Shown here piece by piece: positions 54,141 through 64,000 of a stretch of DNA of 64,000 nucleotides; the first letter of the stretch is position 1; the number at the start of each line of letters is the position of its first letter. The position numbers were made by a program, and so were the translations under genes. Under the pieces are notes generated by a model. The model was not told the origin of the DNA and searched no databases. It worked only from the letters and a program-made list of their open reading frames with translations. The stretch comes from the human T2T-CHM13v2.0 reference genome, Homo sapiens: NCBI RefSeq assembly GCF_009914755.1, contig NC_060932.1. The stretch is one strand, 5' to 3'.

Positions 54141-57046
54141 CAGTATACTTCAGATGAGATTGGTGTGTTCAGGGTGGTATGGACGTAGACACAGCTGTAT
54201 ACTTCAGATTTTTGGTTCATGTTAAGTAACTGTTTAAGATTCACATTCCAAAGAAAATCATGCTACACAAAAATTATCCAAGATTTTCGCCCTAAAAAAT
54301 TATTGGATAAAATATAAAAAGTACTATTGTAATTGTGTCTCTTGTGAATAAAACATCATTCTATATGTAAACAGATTCACTCAACCCTTTGGTTGTAGAA
54401 AACTTCAGAGTCGGTAAGTTGCTGTCTAACTTCCTGTTGCATGCACTTGCCAGAGAAAAGTGAACAATGCCTTCTGTGCCAGCATCATTTGGGGATGAAA
54501 AGAATCATTTCACATAGCTGAAGGGGGCAGCCTGGTGCTTCCAGAGAAAGGCAATGAAAACCACAGGGAATAAAGTACTGAACACCGCATTGCAAGTTTG
54601 CATGAGGGGGGCCACACTGTTGGCTACCATGGAGAAAAAGACCAAAAGGACTGCCATGACAGCAAGGAGGATGTCGATGACTTTGTCCAGAAGATTCCAG
54701 GCAGTGGCATTCTCCAGCCCTTCTAGCTCCACCACCTGCTAGTGCTGCATCATGAATATCCAGCTCCATCTTAGAAACGCAGGTCTGGCATGCCTCCTGG
54801 ATTTCCCAGGCCCATCCTGATATGCAAATTTTTTCCCTGCTGACCAGTTCCTGCTTCAAGTTCAAGATTTCATTCTGGTGAAGCTCCTTTAGGTCATTCC
54901 TTCTTCAAGTTCAAGATTTCATTCTGGCGAAGCTCCTTTAGGTCATTTCGTTCTTCTTCTAATCATTCACATCTATTTCACTCCTCCCATAAGGTCTTCA
55001 TTATTAACAAATTGTCCCTCTGGTAATGTTCCTTGAGAGTGTCAAAGGATTTCTCTAGCCTGGCCTGGGTTTCCCAGATCTCCTGGATCTCATGTAATAG
55101 TGCATCAAACCCCAGGCTTTGTATGTGCAGGGTATTCTTTTTGGAGCTGGATGTTCCTACAGTTATGCCACCAGTGGTGCTGTTGACTCCCACTGAGCCT
55201 AAAATAGTCCTAGGACAATCTTCCTGACTGCCATATTGTGGGCATCACTGAAAGTTCAAAATCACTCCCAAAGCCTTCCCCTCATCATCCACTTGCCCTA
55301 CCTCTAAACAGTACTTTAGGTTACAGATGTCGTCTGTACTGCCAAATCTGTTCCAAATCATTGAGGCAAAATCTCTGGGTTTTGAGACCATGGTCCCTAT
55401 TGCTGAATAGCTGGCCTGAGAGAAACTGGAAAATCTACCTTTGACACCACCTGCCACACCTTCACTGAAGCCAGTCACCTTCACTCCCACATCCTTCAGA
55501 CCCTGCTGCATGTTCCTAAAGACATCCTTTGGTTGCTGGGGGATCCCATTCTACTCCACCTCTTACAGCATCCTGTGGTAGTGCTCAAGCTTCTTTTGTA
55601 CCTGGAGGATGATTTGGGCAGATTTCTGGTTCTTCTTCTCGAAGTCCTGCTTGATTCAGCCAGCCTACTACTTGTCCGAGCTGTTGGCAAGCTTCAAGTA
55701 CTCAGCAATGCTGTCATCCCAGGCTGTGCAATCTTGATCTGTTATGTGAGCATCAGGATCTTCTGCTGCAGGTGAAAAATAGCAGGATTTTTTTTTTCAC
55801 TGAGGGTCTGCTGTTCCATCCATGGAGTCTGTGTGAATGCTGTCATTAGTACTGGAGACCACTGCACTGGATGTCTGAGTGAGGCTGCTTACTTCCAACC
55901 ACTTAATCCACTCTGCAGTTCCCTCCTCTCTTGGCAGACATGCAGCAGCAGCAGCACATGTTATTTCCATTATAGTGAAGCTGATAGGGGCATCAGCTGT
56001 GGATGAAGACCTGGGTTGACCTGACTGCATAACAGCTGTCATCTCCTAGCCATATTTCCTGATTTGGGAACTTCCCTTGGGGCTTCTGGCTTGTCCTACC
56101 TACTACGCAGGCTTGTTCCTCTCTTCATCTAAGGTGGCATTTTAATCTTCTGTAGGACATGATTCAGAGCTGTGGAGTGGGTGGAGACACCATCAGTCTC
56201 AGCACATGCATTCTGGCTTTCCAGATCCATTTCAGGTTCTGGATTGGCCTGAATTTGCTGCACATGGTATGGAGACACTGATGTCCTCCTGTGCTGGTGC
56301 TGGAAGAGATCCTTCAGGCCTTAGCCAATCACATTAACGTTTTTCATAACATTGTGGGTCATTTTAGACAACTTTTTTCCTGATTCTATATGCTTTCCAG
56401 CCTCTGCATCTTGTTGTTTGCCTCTAGGATCAGAGTCCTCATGTATTCACTGCCCACAGGCTCCATCAGTAGACTTAATATGCTTATTTGCAAACTTATT
56501 TTCTTTAACACACCAAGAGTGTTAAATTATGTAGGCATTTGCTTCAACAATGACTGTGCATGCAGCCATGAGATTAAGGGTTCATGCCGCCTTCATTACT
56601 CTTCCTCAAGCACTTCTAAGGTATATGAGAATCATTTTAGGAAAAGCTCCTAAAAATCCCAACAATAGCTTTACTTTCTTTGCATAGATAAGGATGAACA
56701 ATTGTAATCCAAAATGTTTCCCAAAAAGTTCTCTTAAAAAATCATAGAAACAGAAGATCCATATGAAAAGAGAACCAATCTAGGAGGATGGATATTGTGT
56801 CTTCTAAATCTTGTGACCAAGAGCAACTGTTCACCAAATGTTAGCATCTGTAGAAAGTACTAACTGTGAATGTGTTTTCTCCAGAAATTACTACTGGTGG
56901 GGAGGGGAGAAGCAGCCAGAGTCTTCACAAGCACCATCTTTCAAGCTCAAGTGCTGCCTCCAGCCACTGATGCCATGTCCCCTGGTTGATCCCTTCCAAG
57001 CAACCTCCTCATGCATCTTGCCCCAACCACCTCAGTCACCACTGCT
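54141..57046 (-). pseudogene. TMCC1P1: Processed pseudogene of TMCC1 (transmembrane and coiled-coil domain family 1); CDS-equivalent 54485-56466 plus 5'UTR-like and partial 3'UTR sequence
   Basis: Start ATG GAG CCT GTG GGC AGT GAA (MEPVGSE) at 56466; fragments MTAVMQSGQPRSSS..EEGTAE..LEVSSL, QGLKDVGVKVTGFSEGV, GFDALLHEIQEI.ETQARLE, LEGLENATA.NLL...LLAVMAVLLVF match TMCC1; intronless with stops and frameshifts. Parent gene is recognised; the P1 symbol is assumed. Confidence 0.93.
54150..54190 (-). pseudogene. Tailless 5S rRNA retropseudogene fragment (5S nt ~1-42)
   Basis: Reverse complement gtctacgtccataccaccctgaacacaccaatctcatctga vs 5S GTCTACGGCCATACCACCCTGAACGCGCCCGATCTCGTCTGA: 36/42 identical, 4 of 5 substitutions at CpG; flanked by 18-bp direct repeats. 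Confidence 0.9.
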
Positions 57047-58929
57047 TGTGACTTATCCTAATTCTTTTGCCATTGTCTTTCATAAGGCAGGAGTTTTTAA
57101 TTTTAATGAAGTCCAACTTATCAATTATTTCTCGTATGGATCATGCCTTTGGTGTTTTATCTAAAAAGTCATTACTATTTCCGGGATCATTTAAATTTTA
57201 TTTTAGCTTATCTTCTACAGTTTTATAGTTTGTATTTTAAATTTATGTTGATCATCCATTTTGAGTTAATTTCTGTGAAAGATGTTAAGTGTGTATCTAA
57301 GATTTATATTTTGCATGTAGATGTTCAGTTGTTCCAGCATCATTTGTTGAAGAGACCATCCTTGTTCTATTGTATTGCCTTCACTCTTTTGCAAAAGATC
57401 AGTTGACCATATTTATGTGGGCCTATTTCTTGGCCCTGTATTCTGTTCCATTGATCTACTTGTTCATTCTTTTGCCAACAACACATTGTCTTGACTACTG
57501 TAGCTTTATAGTAAATCTTGAAGTTATGTAGTGTCAGCCATCTGATTTTGTTCTTCTGCTTTAACATTGTGTTGGCTATTCTGGGTGTTCTGCCTCTCCA
57601 TATGAACCTTACAATCAGTTTGTTATCTACACAATAACTTGCTGAGTTTTAAAATTGAGATTGCATCAAATCTATAGATCAACTTGAAAAGAACTGACAA
57701 TATTAAGCCTTCCTATGCATGAGCATGGTATATCTTTTTATTTATTTAGTTATTCTTTATATGTGTTATCAGAATTTCACAGTGTTTCTCACATAGATCT
57801 TATACATATTTTGTTAGATTTATACCTAAGTATTTCACTTTGGGAGGTGTTAATGTAAATGGTAAAGTGTCTTTAATTTCAAGTTTCACTTGTACATTTT
57901 TGCATCTGTGTTTATATGTAGAAAAGTGATTAACTTTTGTATGTTAACCTAGTATCCTGCAATCTTACTTTAGTTATTTATTAGTTTCAGGAGTTTTGTT
58001 GATTATTTGGATTTTCTACATAGATGATCAATTCATCTGTGACCATAGTTTTATTTCTTCCTTCCAATTTTATTTCCTTTTCTTGTCTTATTGCATTAGC
58101 CAGATATCCAGTATGATAGTAGAAAGCAGTGCTGAGAGGAGACATCCTTGCTTTCTCCCTGATCTTAGTGGAAAATCTGCAAGTTTCTTACCAATAAATA
58201 TGATGTTAGCTGTAGATTTTTTGTAAATATTCTTTTCTTAGTTTGCTGTGAGTTTTTACCACGCATAGGTGTTGGATTTTGTCAAATACATTTTCTGCAT
58301 TTGTTGATATAATCATGTGGCTTTTCTTCTTTAGTTCGTTGATATGATACATTGCATTATTTTATTTTAAATGTTAAATCAGCTTTGCATACCTGGTATA
58401 AAACCCACTTGGTCATGGTGTACAATTTTTTTAGACATTGCTGGATATGATTTGTTAATATTTTGTTGAGAATTTTTGCATATATGTTCATGAGCAATAT
58501 TGGTCTTTAGCTTGGTTGTGTGTTTGTTTTTTCCTCGTGATGCCTTTTGTCTTGTTTTGGTGTTTGAGTAATGCTGGTGTCACAGGATGTGTTCAAAAAT
58601 ACTTTTTCTGCATCATCTTCTGGAATAGATTATAGAAAATTGGCATAATTCTTCCTTACATGTTGGGTAGACTTCATGAATAAAACAGTTTGGACCTGGT
58701 GATTTCTATTTTGGGAGGCAATAAATTATTGATTCAAATTATTTACTAGATTAGCCATGCTCATATTGTCAACTTTTTCTTGATTAAATTTTGTAATATT
58801 ATATGTTTCAGCAATTGGCTCATTTCATCTAGGTTATAAAATCTGTGGGTATAGAGTTGTTCATAATTCTTTATTATCCTTTAAGTTTCAATAGGATCTG
58901 TGGTGATCTTACAATACTAGTAATTTGTG

Positions 58930-58932
<3 letters not shown>

Positions 58933-58964
<32 letters not shown>
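58933..58964. repeat. (TC)16 microsatellite
   Basis: Uninterrupted TC run. Confidence 0.95.
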
Positions 58965-58968
<4 letters not shown>

Positions 58969-59045
58969 TTTCTCCCTCTGCCTCCCTCTTCTCCCACTCC
59001 CTCTTCCCTTCTCTCTGTTAGCCTGGCTAGAGACTTATCGATTTT

Positions 59046-59370
59046 TTTTATTTTTTCTTTTGTTTTGAGGCAGAGTCTTTCTCTGTTGCCCAGGCTGCAG
59101 TACAGTGGCACAATCCCAGCTCACTGCAACCTCTGCCTCCCGGGTTTGAGCAATTTTCCTGCCTCAACCTCCTGAGTAGCTAGGACTACAGGCATGTGCC
59201 ACCGTGCCCGGATAATTTTTGTATTTTTAGTAGAGACTGGATTTCACCATGTTGGCCAGACTGGTCTCGAACTCCTTGGCCAGACTGGTCTCAAACTCTT
59301 GACCTTGTGATCTGCCCACCTCGGCCTCCCAAAGTGCTGGAATTACAGGTGTGAGCCACCATGCCCACCC
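59046..59370 (-). mobile_element. AluS (Sg-like) with an internal 24-bp tandem duplication
   Basis: 15-bp TSD agacttatcgatttt (59031-59045) / agacttatcaatttt (59372-59386); ttggccagactggtctc occurs at 59252 and 59276. Confidence 0.92.
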
Positions 59371-59783
59371 AAGACTTATCAATTTTAATGATGCTTCCAA
59401 AGAACCAGCTTTCAGTTTTGTTGATTTTTTTCTATTGGTTTTATTTTTTCAATTTCGTTGATTTCTGCTCTAATTTTTATTATTTATCTTCTTCTCCTTA
59501 CTTTGGATTTAATTTAAACCTTTTCCCCTAGTTTCTTAAGGTGGAGGCTTAAGTGATTAATCTTACATTTTTCTTTTTCTGTAAACATGTATTCAATACT
59601 ATAAATATTCCTCTGAACATTCATTTCATTGTATTCCACACATTTTGATAAATTGTATTTTCATTCTCATTTAGTTCAACATATCTTAAAATTTCTCTTA
59701 AGATTTCTTCTTTGATCCATGGGTTACATAGAGGTGTGTTGTTTAATCTCCAAATATTTGGAGATTTTTCAGATAACTTTCTG

Positions 59784-61967
59784 TTTTTTTCGATATTATT
59801 ATTATTTTTAAGTTCTGGGATACATGTGCAAGATGTGCAGGTTTGTTGCATAGGCAAACGTGTGCCATGGAAGTTTGCTGCACCTATCAACCCGTCACCT
59901 AGGTATTAAGCCTAGCATGCGTTAACTCTCTGCCCTAATGCTCTCCCTGCCACCCACCCTCTCCTGACAGGCCCAGTGAGTGTTGTTTCTCTCCCTATGT
60001 TCATATGTTGTCATTGTTCAGCTCCTACTTATAAATGAGAACATGTGGTGTTTGTTTTTCTGTGCCTGTGTTAGTTTGCTGAGGATAATGGCTTCCAACT
60101 CCATCCATGTGCCTGCAAAGGAAATGATCTCATTTCTTTTTATAGCTGCATAGTATTCCATGGTGGATATGTACCACATGTATCCAATCTATAATTGATG
60201 GGCATTTGGGTTGATTCCATGTCTTTGCTATTGTGAATAGTGCTGCGCTGAACATATGCGTGCATGTATCTCATAATAGGCTGATTTATATTCCTTTGGG
60301 TATATACCCAATAATGGGATTGCTGGGTCAAATGGTATTTCTGGTTCTAAATCTTTAAGGAGTCACCACACTGTCTTCAGCAATGGTTAAGCTAATTTAC
60401 ATTCCCACCAACAGTGTAAAAGCATTCCTATTTCTTTGCAATCTTGCCAGCATCTGCTGTGTCTTGACTTTTTAATCCCCATTCTGACTTGCGTGAGAGG
60501 GTATCTCATTGTGGTTTTGATTTGCATTTATCTAATGAACAGTGATGCTGAGCTTTTTTTCATGTTTGTTGGCTGCATATATGTCTTTTTTTGAGAAATG
60601 TCTGTTCATGTCCTTTGCCTACTTTTTAATGGAGTTGTTTATTGAATCCTCAATAAAATTTACAAGAAAATTGTAAATTTGCTTAAGTTCCTTGTAGATT
60701 CTGGATATTAGGCCTTTGTCAGATGGATAGATTGCAGAAATACCTCTTTGCAAGTAAACTGGAAAATCGAGAAGAAATGGATAAATTCCTGGACACATAG
60801 ACTCTCCCAAGACTGAACCAGGAAGAAGTTGAATCCCTGAATAGACCAAAACCAAGTTCTGAAATTGAGGCAGTAATAAATAGCCTACCAACCCCCCAAA
60901 AAAAAGCCCAGGTTCAGATGCATTTACACCTGAATTCTACCAGAGGTACAAAGAGGAGCTGGTACTGTTTCTTCTGAAATGAAAAGGAGGGACTCCTCCC
61001 TAACTCATTTTATGAGGCCAGCATCACCCTGATAACAGAACCTGGCAGATATACTACAACAAAAACAACAAAAATAAAACTTCAGGCCAATATTTCTGAT
61101 GAACGTTGATGGAAAAATCCTCAATAAAATACTTGCAAACTGATTCCAGCTGTACATCAAAAAGCTTATACGCTACCATCAAGTCAGCTTCATCCCTGGG
61201 ATGCAAGGCTGTTTCAACATATGCAAATCAGTAAATGTAATTCATCACATAAACAGAACTAAAGACAAAAACCACATAATTATCTCAAAAGATGCAGAAA
61301 AGACCTTCAATAAAATTCAACATCCCTTCATGTTAAAAACTCTCAATAAACTATATATTGAAGGAACATACCTCAAAATAATGGCCATTTATGATAAACC
61401 CACAGCCAATATTATATTGAATGGGCAAAAGCTGGAAGCTTTCCCCTTGAAAACTGGCACAAGACAAGGATGCCCTCTCTCACCACTCTTATTCAACATA
61501 ATGTTGGAAGTTCTGGCCAGGGCAATCAGGCAAGAGAAAGAAATAAAGCGTAGTCAAATAGGAAGAGAGGAAGTTGAATTATCTTTCTTTGCAGATGACA
61601 TAATCCTATATCTAGAAAACCCCATCGACTCAGCCCAAAAGTTTCTTAAGCTGATAAGAAACTTCAGCAAAGTCTCAGGATACAAAATCATTGTGCAGAA
61701 ATCAGAAGCATTCCTATACATCAACAACAGACAAACCAAATCATAAATGAACTCCCATGCATAATTGCCACAAAGAGAATAAAATACCTAGGAATACAGC
61801 TAACAAAGGAAGTGAAGAGCCTCTTCAAGGAAAACTATAAACCACTGCTTAAGGAAATCAGAGAGGATACAAGCAGATGGAAAAACATTCCATGCTCATG
61901 GATAAGAAGAGTCAATTTGTGAAAATGGCCATACTGCCAAAAGCAATTCATAGATTCCATGCTACTC
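59784..61967. mobile_element. L1PA8-like element with 5' inversion (3' part on - strand 59784-~60740; inverted ORF2 part on + strand ~60741-61967)
   Basis: Antisense 3'UTR ttttaagttctgggatacatgtgc, then sense RT ORF 61201-61746 ([15 protein letters not shown]...FADDIILYL); the host L1 resumes at tctgtt. Confidence 0.9.
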
Positions 61968-62821
61968 TGTTATTAATTATAGTTTAATTCTACTGTGGTA
62001 GAACAGAATATTGTATGATTTATATTCATTTAAACTTGTTAAGGTGTTATTTTCTTATCCAGCATGTGGTCTGTCTTGGTGAATGTTCTGCGTAAACTTG
62101 AGAAGAAGATAATCTCCTGTTTGTGATAAAGTGGCCTATAGACCTCAGTTAAATACAGTTTATTAACAATGATGTTCAGTTAGACCATCCTTATTTTCTG
62201 CCTGCTGGATCTGTCCATTTCTGACAAAGGGGTGTGAAAGTCACCAACTATAATAGTGAATTCATCTATTTCTCTACACAGTTATATCAGATTTTGCCTC
62301 ATGTATTTTGATGTTCTATTGTTAAGTGCATACATATACACATTAAGGATCATTATGTCTTTTTTAAGTATTTGCCCAACTATCATTAGGTAATGCTCCA
62401 CTGTCCCTGACAACTTTCCTTGCAGTGAAGTCAGCTCTGTCTGAAACTACTCTTTCTTTTGGTCACTGTTAGCATGGCATATCTTTGTTTACTTTTTATC
62501 TATATGTGTCTTTATAATTAAAGTGGGTTTCCTACAGACAACATATAGTTGAGTCTTGTTTTTGATCCAATTTGGCAATCTCTGTGTTTTCTTTGATGTA
62601 TTTAGGCCACTGATACTTAAGATAATTATTGATATATTTGTATTAATATCTATTGTACTTTTTGCACTTTAATATTTGTTGTACTTGTTCTTGGTTCTTA
62701 TTTTTGTCTTCCACATTTTTTTTCTTTTTGTGGTTTTAAGTGCATTTTAAATTATTCCCTTTTCTCCCCTTTCTTGAAATATTCATTATACTTTTTTATA
62801 TTTTTTTAGTCATTGCACTAG

Positions 62822-63164
<343 letters not shown>

Positions 63165-63311
63165 GGGTCCACTTTTGAATAACATTATACCACTTCATGG
63201 GTTATGCAAGTGCCTTGTAATTTAAAAAAAATCTCAAATTTCTCCCTTCTGTCCCTTGTATCATTGCTGTAATTTATTTTACTTATACATGAACATACAA
63301 AAGCATATATA

Positions 63312-64000
<689 letters not shown>

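Noticed and set aside
54150-54190. Functional 5S rRNA gene
   Set aside because: Only about a third of the RNA; it lacks the internal A/C boxes and the terminator
54485-56466. Functional TMCC1 paralog
   Set aside because: Multiple in-frame stops, frameshifts, a 49-bp duplication and pervasive CpG decay
61201-61746. 181-aa reverse-transcriptase ORF as a novel RT system
   Set aside because: It is an L1 ORF2 fragment (QGCPLSP, FADD) inside a truncated, inverted L1PA, with stops and frameshifts on both sides

Overview
Human genomic DNA: an AluYb8 copy (human-specific subfamily) sits among Alu, L1, MIR, L2, MaLR and Tigger repeats. It is AT-rich and has no intact protein-coding gene. The listed ORFs are pseudogene fragments, L1/Alu/LTR translations or chance frames. 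The first ~39 kb is unique sequence with scattered old repeats and a CpG-retaining, homeodomain-motif-rich candidate enhancer at ~2.9-3.4 kb. The last ~25 kb is almost continuous nested L1. The main gene-derived feature is an intronless, decayed TMCC1 retrocopy on the - strand (CDS-equivalent 54485-56466). It has no poly(A) tail. Its 3'UTR stops after ~0.3 kb and is fused to a 4.6-kb L1MA 3' segment, and the whole ~7.6-kb unit appears to be one chimeric insertion with a degraded TSD. A tailless 5S rRNA fragment with its own 18-bp direct repeats sits exactly at the mRNA/L1 junction. Other notable structures are a twin-primed 5'-inverted L1PA, three fold-back/templated-insertion scars inside L1s and an internally deleted L1M. 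I see no new biological system beyond these retrotransposition and repair structures. Repeat subfamily names come from recalled consensus sequences, and the boundaries of old elements are approximate.
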